The notes: a model not told the origin generated them from the letters alone. Numbered from the stretch's first letter, positions 21,109 to 31,214 are shown. The stretch is 64,000 nucleotides of DNA from Candidatus Eiseniibacteriota bacterium (GCA_965224245.1 OZ245046.1:1280001-1344000); one strand, 5' to 3'. Program-made: numbers and translations.

Positions 21109-23199
21109 ATGTCCGTCCTCGATCAGCCCATCCAGTTCCTGAAAGGCGCGGGGCCGCGCCGTGCCGAGCAGCTGGGCCGGCTCGGGATCGCCACGCTCGG
21201 GGACCTGCTCGCGCACTACCCGCGTGACTACGTCGACCGCACGCAGCTCACGAAGCTGGCCGACGTCCGGGCCGGGCAGCACGTCAATGCCATCGTGGAG
21301 GTCGTTGCCGTGGGCGTCCGGCCGACCCGGCGGCGCCTGACGAACTTCCACGCCGTCCTCCAGGACGACACCGGTCGCATCGAGGCCGTCTGGTTCAACC
21401 AGCCGTATCTCAAGAACTACGTGAAGGTCGGCGCCACGCTGATGGTCTCCGGCGAGGTCACTCGCTTCGGGTCTCTCCAGCTGAAGAGCCCCGACTACGA
21501 GCTCGTGACCGCGGAGGATCAGGGTCTCTATCGCACGGGCCGCATCGTGCCGACCTATCCGCTCACCGCCGGGCTCAATCAGCGCATGGTGCGACAGCTC
21601 GTGCGCACCGCACTGAAGCTGCTCGACGAATCGGGTGAGTCCGCCGACGCCGCCGTCGATCTGATCCCCGAGGCGGTCCGCGTCACCCGTGACCTGATGC
21701 CCGCCCGGGAGGCCCAGCGCGAGGTGCACTTTCCGAGCTCTCGCGAGAGCCTGCGCCGTGCGCGGCGGCGAATAACGTTCGAGGAGCTGTTCGTGTACCA
21801 GCTCCTGATCGCGCGGCGCCGACACCTGGCGGCCGAGATCCCGGGGATCGCCTACGAGGCCCGCGGCACGCTCTCGCGCGAGGTGGCGCGCTCGCTGCCG
21901 TTCGAGCTCACGAACGCGCAGAAGAAGGCGCTGATCGAGATCCGCGACGACATGCGACGTGCGCGGCCCATGAACCGTCTCCTGATGGGCGAGGTCGGAT
22001 CGGGCAAGACCCTGGTCGCGCTGCTCACGGCCTGCCTGGCCCTCGAGGAGGACTTCCAGGTGGCGTTCCTCGCGCCCACCGAGATCCTGGCCGAGCAGCA
22101 CCTGCGTTCGCTGCGCGCGTTCATCGGGGATCGGGACGTGACGGTCCACGTGCTCACCGGGAAGTCCAGGGCGGCGGCCCGCCGCACGGTGGCCTACGCC
22201 GCGAAGGCCGGGGATCCGGCCATCTTCGTGGGCACCCACGCACTCCTGGAGGAGGCGGTGGAGTTCTCGAACCTGGGGCTCGTGGTCGTGGACGAGCAGC
22301 ATCGATTCGGGGTGAAGCAGCGGGCGCAACTCAAAGCAAAGGGGGGATATCCGGACGTCCTCGTGATGACGGCGACTCCGATCCCGCGGACCCTGGCGAT
22401 GACGCTCTACGGGGACCTGGACATCTCGGTCCTGGACGAGCTTCCCCGGGGGCGAGGGGAGACCGTCACCCGCGTGACCCGGGACGCGAACCGGGAGAAG
22501 GTCTACGACCTGATCCGCCGCGAGGTCGCGGCCGGGCACCGGGCGTACGTGGTCTATCCGCTGGTGGAGGAGTCCGAGGCGTCGGATCTGCGTGCGGCCA
22601 CCGAGATGGCCGACCAGCTGGATCTCCATCCCGCACTCCAGGGCTGTACCGTGGGGCTCCTGCACGGCAAGATGAAGGCGGAAAAGAAAGCCGACGTGAT
22701 GCTTGCGTTCAGGGAGGGACGTTGTCATGTTCTCGTGACAACGACCGTGGTCGAGGTCGGCGTCGACGTCCCCGAGGCGACCGTGATGGTGGTCGAACAC
22801 CCCGATCGGTATGGGCTGAGCCAGCTCCACCAGCTCCGCGGGCGCATCGGGCGCGGTGCCGCGAGGTCCTACTTCATCCTGCTCGCGCCGCGAGATCTGT
22901 CTCGCGAGGCATTGCGCCGGCTCCGGGTGCTGGAGTCGACGAAGAGCGGCTTCCGGGTCGCCGAGGCCGACCTGAAGCTCCGCGGGCCGGGGGACTTCAT
23001 GGGCACGCGCCAGCACGGTCTGCCGGATCTCGAGCTCGCGGACTTCGAGGCCGACCGGGATCTTCTGGTGGCGGCCCGCGACGACGCCCATGCGCTCGTC
23101 CGGGAGGATCCCGATCTGAGGGCACCGGAGCTTCAGTTTCTCCGACGGCAACTGATTGCCAAATACGGGGATCGAGCGACCTTCTATCATGTCGCATGA
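21109..23199 (+). CDS. recG: ATP-dependent DNA helicase RecG
   Basis: LKGAGPRRA, WFNQPY, MNRLLMGEVGSGKT, DEQHRFG, MTATPIPRTL, QLHQLRGRIGRG, DLKLRGPG. Confidence 0.97.
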   Translation: MSVLDQPIQFLKGAGPRRAEQLGRLGIATLGDLLAHYPRDYVDRTQLTKLADVRAGQHVNAIVEVVAVGVRPTRRRLTNFHAVLQDDTGRIEAVWFNQPYLKNYVKVGATLMVSGEVTRFGSLQLKSPDYELVTAEDQGLYRTGRIVPTYPLTAGLNQRMVRQLVRTALKLLDESGESADAAVDLIPEAVRVTRDLMPAREAQREVHFPSSRESLRRARRRITFEELFVYQLLIARRRHLAAEIPGIAYEARGTLSREVARSLPFELTNAQKKALIEIRDDMRRARPMNRLLMGEVGSGKTLVALLTACLALEEDFQVAFLAPTEILAEQHLRSLRAFIGDRDVTVHVLTGKSRAAARRTVAYAAKAGDPAIFVGTHALLEEAVEFSNLGLVVVDEQHRFGVKQRAQLKAKGGYPDVLVMTATPIPRTLAMTLYGDLDISVLDELPRGRGETVTRVTRDANREKVYDLIRREVAAGHRAYVVYPLVEESEASDLRAATEMADQLDLHPALQGCTVGLLHGKMKAEKKADVMLAFREGRCHVLVTTTVVEVGVDVPEATVMVVEHPDRYGLSQLHQLRGRIGRGAARSYFILLAPRDLSREALRRLRVLESTKSGFRVAEADLKLRGPGDFMGTRQHGLPDLELADFEADRDLLVAARDDAHALVREDPDLRAPELQFLRRQLIAKYGDRATFYHVA

Positions 23200-23785
23200 G
23201 GTGATCGTCATCCGTTGCGAACACTGCGGGCACGAGCACGGGGTGCCCGAGGATCACATCCCGGTCTTCGGCGCGCGCATCCGATGTGCCGGCTGCGGGC
23301 AGCTCGTGGACCTGCCGCCCCGCCACGAGGCGGCGGCGCACCATGCGGAGCCCGATCGCGTCTCCGGGGCGCGCGGTCCCACGGTCGAGCTTGCAGGCGA
23401 CACGGCCGGCAACCCCGGTGATGCTCGTGCCGGGGAGCCCACTCTCGATCCGGCGGGGGATGCCGCGCGTGCGATGGGACCGAGCCCGCACGCCAACGGG
23501 GCCCGGCCGGCCGGGGTCTCGCGAGAGGACGTGACGCAGATCGCCGAAGCCCTGATCCGGGACATCGCGTTCGCCGACGACGCCCGGCTCCGCCGCGCCC
23601 GGGCCGCCAGGCGTGTCCTGGCCGAGTACGCCGGCGAGATCGCCGACGCATTCGACCGGTTCCGTGAGCGCGTCGGCAATGGAGACGCGTCCGCGTTCCG
23701 GACGGCCGTTCGGCACATCCTGGCCGGAGAGCCGGCCGAGGGGCAGGCCGACGAGCGTTCGGTGCCGCCGCAACCCCACCACTGA
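23189..23785 (+). CDS. Zinc-ribbon (MJ0042-type) domain protein with helical C-terminal domain
   Basis: CEHC...RIRCAGC at N-terminus, low-complexity linker, helical C-terminus; start ATG23189 or GTG23201. Confidence 0.75.
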   Translation: MSHEVIVIRCEHCGHEHGVPEDHIPVFGARIRCAGCGQLVDLPPRHEAAAHHAEPDRVSGARGPTVELAGDTAGNPGDARAGEPTLDPAGDAARAMGPSPHANGARPAGVSREDVTQIAEALIRDIAFADDARLRRARAARRVLAEYAGEIADAFDRFRERVGNGDASAFRTAVRHILAGEPAEGQADERSVPPQPHH

Positions 23786-24070
23786 TCGCGCGTTTCCTGC
23801 TCAACACCCGGTCCGCTTCACCCGATGAGTACAGGAGCGCCGTTCGCCGCTCTCTCGGAGACGGCCGGCTGGAGTCGACCGGCAGGATCGAGGCTCAAGC
23901 CAATGCCGACTTCGGCGGAAGAATCCCTCGAGACCGTGCGTGACACCGCTCGTCGTCGCGGAGGCACCGACGTCGTCGAGCCGCGACCGGTCCCGGGGCG
24001 TGAGCCTCGACTGCACATCGATCCGCGGCGGCCGGTGCCGGCCACGCGGCAGAGATGAGGGAAGCGATCC

Positions 24071-25489
24071 ATGGTTCTGGTCAACTACTCCGGGAAGGAA
24101 ATCAACGCCAAGGTCGTCTACTACGGACCCGGGCTGTGCGGAAAGACCACGAACCTCGAGTTCATCTACGGTCGGGTCCCTCAGACGAACAGAGGCAAGA
24201 TGGTGTCGATGAAGACCCGCACCGAGCGGACGCTCTTCTTCGACTTCCTTCCGCTGAACCTGGGGGAGCTCGCGGGCTTTCAGACCCGTTTCCTCCTCTA
24301 CACCGTTCCGGGACAGATCTATTACAACGCGACCCGAAAGCTCGTCCTGAAGGGCGTCGACGCGCTCGTGTTCGTGGCCGACTCCGCCAGGGACAAGATG
24401 GAGGAGAACCTCGAGAGCTTCGACAACCTGAAGGACAACTTGAAGGAGCACGGGCTCAGCCTCGACGACATTCCGCTGGTGCTTCAGTACAACAAGCGCG
24501 ACCTACCGGACGTGTACACGGTGGAGGAGATGCAGCAGGCGCTCAATCCCCGTGGGGAGTACGAGTTCTTCGAGGCCGTCGCGACCACCGGGCAAGGGGT
24601 ATTCGAAACGTTCAAGGGGGTCGCTAGATTGCTTCTGGCACATCTCTCGAAGAAGATGGGCGTGCGCCAAAGGACGACCGAAGCGCGCGAGGCGTCCGGC
24701 GTCGAGTCCCAGCCGGCGACATCGCACGCCGCTCAGGCTCCGACGCCCGTCCAGGGATCGACGCCTGCGCCGGTGAGCGGACGCGAGTCGTCCCCCCGCG
24801 ACGCGTCGTCTCACGACGCTCCCGCGTGGGCACCAGAGGCATCGCCCGCGTACGCGTCGACCGACGCCGATGACGAGAACGTCGTCGAGCACGCGGCCGC
24901 GCCGACCCCACGGCCCGCGTCATCGACGTCTCCGGAGCAGCCCCCGATGCCGAAGTGGTCTCAACCGACCGGCGCTCCGGGCCAGATCGAGATGACGGCA
25001 GCCCCGGCCGGTCAGGCGCCCGTGCGTTCGGAGCGGTCCGAGCTCCAGGTCGGGGCGTCCGCGTTCCCCAGCGGGTCGTCCAAGCCGTCGGGCGGCTCCG
25101 ACTCGCGGCAGGGCTCCACGCCGGCGCCGCCGAGTGGCTCGCACGGCCGGTCGAACACGCCGCCCCCGCAGACGTCCTCGCTCCAGCGGGGCGCCCCTCA
25201 GCGGATGCTCCGGCCCACGCAACCGGGCGAGGCAGGATCTCGACCCCAGCCGACCCCGAGCGCTGCGCCCCCGGAGTCGCCCGCGCCGATGGATGCGGCG
25301 CACGCGACCGAGACGAGCACGCCCGCACCGCACGTGGTGCCGGTGACGCCCGCGGCGAGCGGGCGCGCGGAGCCGCGTGTGATCCAGCTGCCCATTCAGC
25401 TGGAGCCGCAGGATCTCGTGTCCGGGGTCGTGCTCGAGCTTCACGTCGTCGTACGCTCACAGGAGGGACTCCTGCGTCGCGCGAGCTGA
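24071..25489 (+). CDS. mglA: MglA-family small GTPase with long Pro/Ser/Ala-rich C-terminal extension
   Basis: NYSGKEINAKVVYYGPGLCGKTTN, ERTLFFDFLPL, YTVPGQ, FVADS, NKRD. Confidence 0.9.
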   Translation: MVLVNYSGKEINAKVVYYGPGLCGKTTNLEFIYGRVPQTNRGKMVSMKTRTERTLFFDFLPLNLGELAGFQTRFLLYTVPGQIYYNATRKLVLKGVDALVFVADSARDKMEENLESFDNLKDNLKEHGLSLDDIPLVLQYNKRDLPDVYTVEEMQQALNPRGEYEFFEAVATTGQGVFETFKGVARLLLAHLSKKMGVRQRTTEAREASGVESQPATSHAAQAPTPVQGSTPAPVSGRESSPRDASSHDAPAWAPEASPAYASTDADDENVVEHAAAPTPRPASSTSPEQPPMPKWSQPTGAPGQIEMTAAPAGQAPVRSERSELQVGASAFPSGSSKPSGGSDSRQGSTPAPPSGSHGRSNTPPPQTSSLQRGAPQRMLRPTQPGEAGSRPQPTPSAAPPESPAPMDAAHATETSTPAPHVVPVTPAASGRAEPRVIQLPIQLEPQDLVSGVVLELHVVVRSQEGLLRRAS

Positions 25490-25507
25490 TCGATACGACG
25501 ACGTCCG

Positions 25508-25540
25508 ACGCGCGCGCCGTACGGTGCGCGCGTTTTTGTT
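25508..25540 (+). terminator. Rho-independent terminator after mglA
   Basis: ACGCGCGCGCCG/CGGTGCGCGCGT hairpin followed by TTTTGTT. Confidence 0.7.
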
Positions 25541-25551
25541 GTGCGCCAATC

Positions 25552-25580
25552 TTGACCCGTCGATGTGTCTCGCTTAGGTT
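25552..25580 (+). promoter_or_regulatory. Sigma70-type promoter for TPR-trpA-uppP
   Basis: TTGACC-N17-TAGGTT. Confidence 0.5.
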
Positions 25581-25631
25581 GCCGACGAGCACGGTACCGC
25601 GTGGCGGTCTGGCAAACCTGGACGAGAGAGC

Positions 25632-26732
25632 ATGCCGGTAACGATCCTGCGACGCGACATCGAACGTCTGGAGCAGCGTCGCCGCAACGACCCCACCGAC
25701 CGTGACGCCGTCTGGCAGCTCGCTCGTGCGTACGCCGCGTCGGCCGAGCCCCTGAAGGGCGCCGATCTCGTCCGCCCGCTGCTCGACGACACCTCGGAGC
25801 CCGCCGACTTCCTGGGATGCGCCGAGTTCTACCGTCAGGGCGGCCGGGAGGACGCCGCCGTCGACGTGCTCACGTTCGCGGCGGACGCGCGGCCGGAAGA
25901 CGTCCTCGTCTGGTGTGCGCTGTCCCGCTCGCTGTTGAAGCTGGGACGCGTGGACGAGGCGCTGGCGGCGCTCCACGAAGGCGCGCGCCGCGAGCCCGGC
26001 CATCCCGAGATGCTCTTCCGCATGGGCCTCACGCTGGCCGAGGCCGGTCGACTCGACGAGGCCATCGCCGCCTACGAGCGCGCCATCGAGCACAGTCCCG
26101 GGGATGCACGCCTCCACACCAATCTCGGGATGCTCTACGATCAGGTCGGGCGTCAGGCGGACAGCCTGTCGCTCTTCCGGCGTGCGGCGTCGCTCGAGCC
26201 CTCGTCGGTCGAGGCACACCTGAATCTCGGCGCCGCATTTGCCGAGAGCGGGGCCCGCGACGAGGCCATCGTCGAGTTCCGCACCGCGATCGATCTGGAC
26301 CCCGAGTCGTTCGAGGCACACTACAATCTCGGAATGGCACTCATCTCGGCCGGTCGGTTCGGGGATGCGTTCCACGCCCTCCGCCGCTCGCGCGAGCTGA
26401 ACCCCGAGGAGCCGCGCCTCATCTACCACCTGGGCGTCGCCTGTCTCCAGCGCGGTCGCTACGAGCAGGCTCAGCGCTACCTGGAGGAGGCCGAGCGCGC
26501 GCTGCCCGACGATCCGCTGGTGCTGTTCCAGCTCGGCATCACCCACAACCGGCAAGATCACGTCCAGGCGGCGGTTTCGGCGTTCGAGCGTGCGGTGGCC
26601 GCCGATCCGTACATGGGCGACGCCTTCTACTACCTCGGCGTCGCGTACGACAAGAGCGGAGAGTACGAGAAGGCGACCGACGCCTACCGCGCCGCGGAAC
26701 GTCTCGGCCGCGCCGAGACGCACCGTCCTTGA
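25632..26732 (+). CDS. Tetratricopeptide-repeat protein
   Basis: Many TPR units (PGDARLHTNLG, AHLNLG, AHYNLG, AFYYLG). Confidence 0.9.
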   Translation: MPVTILRRDIERLEQRRRNDPTDRDAVWQLARAYAASAEPLKGADLVRPLLDDTSEPADFLGCAEFYRQGGREDAAVDVLTFAADARPEDVLVWCALSRSLLKLGRVDEALAALHEGARREPGHPEMLFRMGLTLAEAGRLDEAIAAYERAIEHSPGDARLHTNLGMLYDQVGRQADSLSLFRRAASLEPSSVEAHLNLGAAFAESGARDEAIVEFRTAIDLDPESFEAHYNLGMALISAGRFGDAFHALRRSRELNPEEPRLIYHLGVACLQRGRYEQAQRYLEEAERALPDDPLVLFQLGITHNRQDHVQAAVSAFERAVAADPYMGDAFYYLGVAYDKSGEYEKATDAYRAAERLGRAETHRP

Positions 26733-27553
26733 CCCCGACCCCCGGCGACGCGCTGTCCCGATCGCTCGACGCGGCGGCCCGGACCGATCGGCTCGCCCTG
26801 GTGCCGTTCGTGACGGGCGGCTTCCCGACGCCCTCGCACTCGCTGGCGCTCATGGAGGCGCTCGCCGACGCCGGGGCCGATGCCCTCGAGGTGGGGATCC
26901 CGTTCTCCGATCCGCTGGCCGACGGGCCCACGATCCAGCGCTCGAGCCAGGCCGCGCTCGACGCCGGCGTGGATGCCGCGGCCGTGCTGGAGCTCATCGC
27001 ACGATTCAGGCGCTCGCACGCCACCCCGATCGTCGTCATGACCTACGCGAACCCGATCCTGGCCATGGGCGCCGATCGCTTCACGGCCGAGGCGTGCCGG
27101 GTCGGCGTCAACGGACTGCTCGTGACGGATCTGCCGCCCGAGGAGCTCCCGGAGCTGTGGTCGGCATTCCGGGACTCGGGGCTGGCCACGATCCAGCTGG
27201 TCGCGCCCACGACGGCCGAGACGCGCGTGCCGAGCCTGACGTCGGCGGCGTCCGGCTTCGTGTACTGCGTCTCGCGCACCGGCGTGACCGGCAAGGGCCA
27301 CACGTTTGCGCAGAACCTGGCCGACCAGATCGGGCGGATCCGGCGGAGCACCGAGCTGCCCGTGCTCGTCGGCTTCGGCGTGCGCGAGCCAGAGGACGTG
27401 GCCGCGGTGGCCCCGATGGCCGACGGCGTCGTCGTGGGAGCGGCTGTGCTGGAGGCGTTCATGAACGAGCCGGACGCGGCCACCGGAATCGCCGGAGCCA
27501 CGGCGCTGATGGCACGACTCCGCCCCGCGCTCCGAAAGCCGGCCCCAGCATGA
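26729..27553 (+). CDS. trpA: Tryptophan synthase alpha chain
   Basis: LEVGIPFSDPLADGPTIQ, MTYANP, DLPPEE, GFVYCVSRTGVTG, VGFG, ADGVVVG; TTG start overlapping TPR stop. Confidence 0.93.
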   Translation: MTPTPGDALSRSLDAAARTDRLALVPFVTGGFPTPSHSLALMEALADAGADALEVGIPFSDPLADGPTIQRSSQAALDAGVDAAAVLELIARFRRSHATPIVVMTYANPILAMGADRFTAEACRVGVNGLLVTDLPPEELPELWSAFRDSGLATIQLVAPTTAETRVPSLTSAASGFVYCVSRTGVTGKGHTFAQNLADQIGRIRRSTELPVLVGFGVREPEDVAAVAPMADGVVVGAAVLEAFMNEPDAATGIAGATALMARLRPALRKPAPA

Positions 27554-27581
27554 GCGTGCCGCACGAGGAGCGGGAGGGCCC

Positions 27582-28367
27582 GTGGTCTGGCTGAAGGCGT
27601 TCGTGCTCGGGATCGTTCAGGGGGTCACGGAGTTCCTGCCGGTGTCCTCGTCGGGACACCTCGTCCTCGCACGGCACGTCTTCGGGCTCGAAGAGGCCGG
27701 CGCCGCCTTCGACATCCTCCTCCACGTCGCGACGATGATCGCGATCGTGATCGTCTACCAGAGGGACCTCGTCGGGCTCATCCGGACGGCGGTCGACGTG
27801 CTTCGCCGGCAAGCGCGCCCCGAGGATCGAGACCTCCTCGTGGGGCTGATCATCGGCATCGTGCCGGTATCCGTGGTGGGCGTGCTGTTCGCCGACCGGC
27901 TGGAGACCGCGTTCGCCGATCCGCGGCGCGCGGCGGCGATGCTGCTGGTGACGGCCGCGCTGCTGTTCGCGAGCCACGCGTTTCGCCATCGAGCGGGGCG
28001 CGTCACGCCGGGGCGGGCGCTGGTCGTCGGCCTGTTCCAGGTGCTGGCCATCCTGCCCGGGATCAGTCGCTCCGGCACCACGATCTCGGCGGGCATGTTC
28101 GCCGGCATGTCGCCGGATCGGGCCGCCCGGTTCAGCTTCCTGATGGCGGTTCCGCTCTTCGCGGGCGCCGCGGTCGTGAAGCTGCCGGACCTTGCCGAGA
28201 GCCGGTCGCTGATCCCGCCGGGCGCGATGGCGATCGGCTTCCTGGCCAGCCTGGTGTCCGGCTACCTGTCGATTCGCTGGCTTCTCCGCGTGATCGCCAG
28301 GGGGAAGTTCGTGTACTTCGGCGTGTACTGCGCGATCGTGGGACTGCTCGGGATCGTGCTCTCGTGA
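27582..28367 (+). CDS. uppP: Undecaprenyl-diphosphatase UppP/BacA
   Basis: GIVQGVTEFLPVSSSGHL, LPGISRSGTTI, AARFSFL. Confidence 0.95.
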   Translation: MVWLKAFVLGIVQGVTEFLPVSSSGHLVLARHVFGLEEAGAAFDILLHVATMIAIVIVYQRDLVGLIRTAVDVLRRQARPEDRDLLVGLIIGIVPVSVVGVLFADRLETAFADPRRAAAMLLVTAALLFASHAFRHRAGRVTPGRALVVGLFQVLAILPGISRSGTTISAGMFAGMSPDRAARFSFLMAVPLFAGAAVVKLPDLAESRSLIPPGAMAIGFLASLVSGYLSIRWLLRVIARGKFVYFGVYCAIVGLLGIVLS

Positions 28368-28376
28368 CGTCCGGCG

Positions 28377-31214
28377 TCAGTTCGCGACCACGTTCAGGAG
28401 CTTGCCCGGCACGTAGATGACCTTGCGGATCGTCTTGCCGGCGATGTGCCGCTCGATGGACTCCTCGGCCCGGGCGGCGGCCAGGATCGCGTCCTGGTCG
28501 GCGTCGGCAGGCACGTTGACTACCCCGCGCTTTCGTCCCAGCACCTGCACCACGACGTCGATGCTGTCCGAACGCAGCTGGGCCTCGTCGTAGCTCGGCC
28601 AGGCGACGCGCGAGATCGAGTCCTCGTGGCCGAGCCGCTCCCAGAGCTCCTCGGTGATGTGCGGCGCCAGGGGCGCGGTCAGCGTCACGAGCGTCTCCGC
28701 GACCCACCGCGGCAGTTGCTCGAGCGGCACCAGCGCGTTGTTCAGCTCGATGAGCTTGGCGATCGCCGAGTTGAACCGGAGGTCCGAGAGGTTCTCGGTC
28801 ACCGCGTGGATTGTCTGGTGCACCAGCCGGGTGGTCTTCGCGTCGGGGGAGGCGGAGTCGTCCACCCGGAGCTCGCCGGTCTCCTCGTCGATCAGGTTTC
28901 GCCACAGGCGGTGCAGGAAGCGGTGTACGCCGACGATGGCGCGCGTGCTCCACGGCTTGGACTGCTCCAGCGGCCCCATGTACATCTCGTAGAGGCGCAG
29001 CGTGTCCGAGCCGTACTGGTGAATGACGTCCTCGGGCGTCAGGGCGTTCTTGAGGCTCTTGCCCATCTTGCCCAGCGTGCGCGTGACCGGCCGGCCCTCG
29101 TACGTGAACGAGTCGCCGGGCCCTTCGGTGACGGCGTCGGCGTTCACGTACGTGCCGCGCTCGTCCTGGTATGCGTGGGCCAGGATGTAGCCCTGGTTCA
29201 TCAGGCGCCCGAAGGGCTCGGGCGTCGACACGTGGCCGAGATCGTGGAGCACCTTGTGCCAGAAGCGGGCGTACAGGAGGTGCAGCACCGCGTGCTCGAC
29301 TCCGCCCACGTACAGGTCGACGCCGTTCGGCGTCATCCAGTACCGCTCGGCCGCGGCATCGGTCACCACGCGATCGTTCGTGGGATCCAGGAACCGGAGG
29401 TAGTACCAGCACGAGCCGGCCCACTGCGGCATCGTGTTCAGCTCACGCTCCAGGCGGACGCCGTCTCGCTCCACGATGCGCCAGCCGTCTGGCGCGCGCC
29501 CGAGGGCCGGTCGCGGGGGCGCGTCGGGGTCCTGGTCGGCCTCGGGCCGGAAGTCGTCGAGATCGGGCAGCGTGACCGGGAGATCGGTCTCGTCCACGGC
29601 CACCAGCACGCCGTCGGGATCGTGCAGGATCGGGATCGGCTCGCCCCAGTAGCGTTGTCGGCTGAAGAGCCAGTCCCGGAGCCGGTACTGCACCTCGCCC
29701 TCGCCGGCGCCGCTGCGCGTCAGCCAGTCGATCATGGCGGCGATGGCCTCGTCGGTCGGAAGACCGTTCAGCGACACGCCGGCGTTCTCGGACTGGATGC
29801 CGGCGCCGGCGCCGGTGAACGCCTCGGCCCACGCGCCGGGATCCCGCCGGTATGCCTCGCGGCGTGCGGCGGCGTCGGCCGGCGCGTCGGCGGGGGCATG
29901 CGCGGCCAGCCACGCGTCGTCGGGATCGACCACCGCGCGAATCTCGAGGTCGAACGTCCCGGCGAACGCGAAGTCCCGCTCGTCGTGACCCGGCACCGCC
30001 ATGATCGCGCCCGTCCCGTAGCCCATCAGCACGTAGTCGGCGATCCAGATCGGGATCGATCCCCCGGTGGCGGGGTTCGTGGCGGTCGCGCCGGTGAACA
30101 CGCCGGTCTTCACCCTCGCGTCGGCCTGACGATCCACGTCGCTGCGCGTGGCGGTCTCGCTCTGGTACCGCGTGACGGCATCGCGATGCGCGTCGTCGGT
30201 CACGCGGTCCACGAGCGGATGCTCGGGGGCGAGCACCATGTACGTCGCGCCGAACAGGGTGTCGGGCCGGGTCGTGAACACGTCGATCGTGGCGTCGTGG
30301 CCGTCGACCGGGAACCGCACCCGCGCCCCGTGGCTCTTGCCGATCCAGTTGCGCTGCATCAGCCGGACCGGCTCGGGCCAGTCCACGAGCTCGAGATCGT
30401 CGATCAGTCGATCGGCGTACGCCGTGATGCGGAGCATCCACTGGGAGAGGGGACGCTTGAACACCGGATGGTTGCCGCGCTCGGAGCGGCCGTCGGCGGT
30501 GACCTCCTCGTTGGCGAGCACGGTCCCCAGCGCGGGGCACCAGTTCACCGGCACCTCGTCCACGTAGGCCAGGCGCAGCTTGCGAAGACGCGCGTCGCGC
30601 TCGGCCGGCGTGAGCGCCCCCCACGGCTGCTCGTCGCCGAACGCGCCGTCTCCGGGCGCGAGCCGGCTCCCGTCGGGTCGGATCCGGACCTCGTCCCGCT
30701 CGGCTCTGTCGGTCAGCTCGGCGATCGGACGGGCCGCGCCGGCGTCGGGGTCGAACCACGACCCGAAGAGCTGGAGGAAGATCCACTGCGTCCAGCGGTA
30801 GTAGCCGGGGTCGGTGGTCCGGACCTCGCGCTCCCAGTCGAAGCTGAGCCCCAGCCGCTTCATCTGGTCGCGGAACGTGATGACGTTCTCGTCGGTGAAG
30901 GGTCCGGGGTGATTGCCGGTGTCCACCGCGTACTGCTCGGCGGGGAGCCCGAAGGCATCGAATCCCATCGGATGCAGAACGTTGTGGCCGCTCATGCGCT
31001 TGAACCGCGAGTAGATGTCGGTGGCGAAGTAGCCCAGCGGGTGGCCCAGATGCAGCCCCGCGCCCGAGGGATAGGGGAACATGTCGAGCACGTAGGCCTT
31101 CGGCTTCGACGGATCGAAGCCGGGATCGCCGGGTCCGGACACGCGAAACGTCCGGTTGGCCTCCCAGTGGGCCTGCCACTTCCGCTCGATCGCGGTAAAG
31201 TCGTACGGTGTCAT
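28377..31214 (-). CDS. leuS: Leucyl-tRNA synthetase
   Basis: LDMFPYPSGAGLHLGH (HIGH), NWCP, FTTRPDT, DWLFSRQRYWG, KMGKS; start ATG31214. Confidence 0.97.
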   Translation of the reverse strand: MTPYDFTAIERKWQAHWEANRTFRVSGPGDPGFDPSKPKAYVLDMFPYPSGAGLHLGHPLGYFATDIYSRFKRMSGHNVLHPMGFDAFGLPAEQYAVDTGNHPGPFTDENVITFRDQMKRLGLSFDWEREVRTTDPGYYRWTQWIFLQLFGSWFDPDAGAARPIAELTDRAERDEVRIRPDGSRLAPGDGAFGDEQPWGALTPAERDARLRKLRLAYVDEVPVNWCPALGTVLANEEVTADGRSERGNHPVFKRPLSQWMLRITAYADRLIDDLELVDWPEPVRLMQRNWIGKSHGARVRFPVDGHDATIDVFTTRPDTLFGATYMVLAPEHPLVDRVTDDAHRDAVTRYQSETATRSDVDRQADARVKTGVFTGATATNPATGGSIPIWIADYVLMGYGTGAIMAVPGHDERDFAFAGTFDLEIRAVVDPDDAWLAAHAPADAPADAAARREAYRRDPGAWAEAFTGAGAGIQSENAGVSLNGLPTDEAIAAMIDWLTRSGAGEGEVQYRLRDWLFSRQRYWGEPIPILHDPDGVLVAVDETDLPVTLPDLDDFRPEADQDPDAPPRPALGRAPDGWRIVERDGVRLERELNTMPQWAGSCWYYLRFLDPTNDRVVTDAAAERYWMTPNGVDLYVGGVEHAVLHLLYARFWHKVLHDLGHVSTPEPFGRLMNQGYILAHAYQDERGTYVNADAVTEGPGDSFTYEGRPVTRTLGKMGKSLKNALTPEDVIHQYGSDTLRLYEMYMGPLEQSKPWSTRAIVGVHRFLHRLWRNLIDEETGELRVDDSASPDAKTTRLVHQTIHAVTENLSDLRFNSAIAKLIELNNALVPLEQLPRWVAETLVTLTAPLAPHITEELWERLGHEDSISRVAWPSYDEAQLRSDSIDVVVQVLGRKRGVVNVPADADQDAILAAARAEESIERHIAGKTIRKVIYVPGKLLNVVAN

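Noticed and set aside
23786-24070. Possible mglB upstream of mglA
   Set aside because: Only short low-complexity ORFs, with no roadblock-like sequence
25588-25605. GGTACCGCG upstream of the TPR-trpA operon resembling a T-box
   Set aside because: The UGGN bulge is CGGT, there is no room for stem I after the promoter match, and no following terminator
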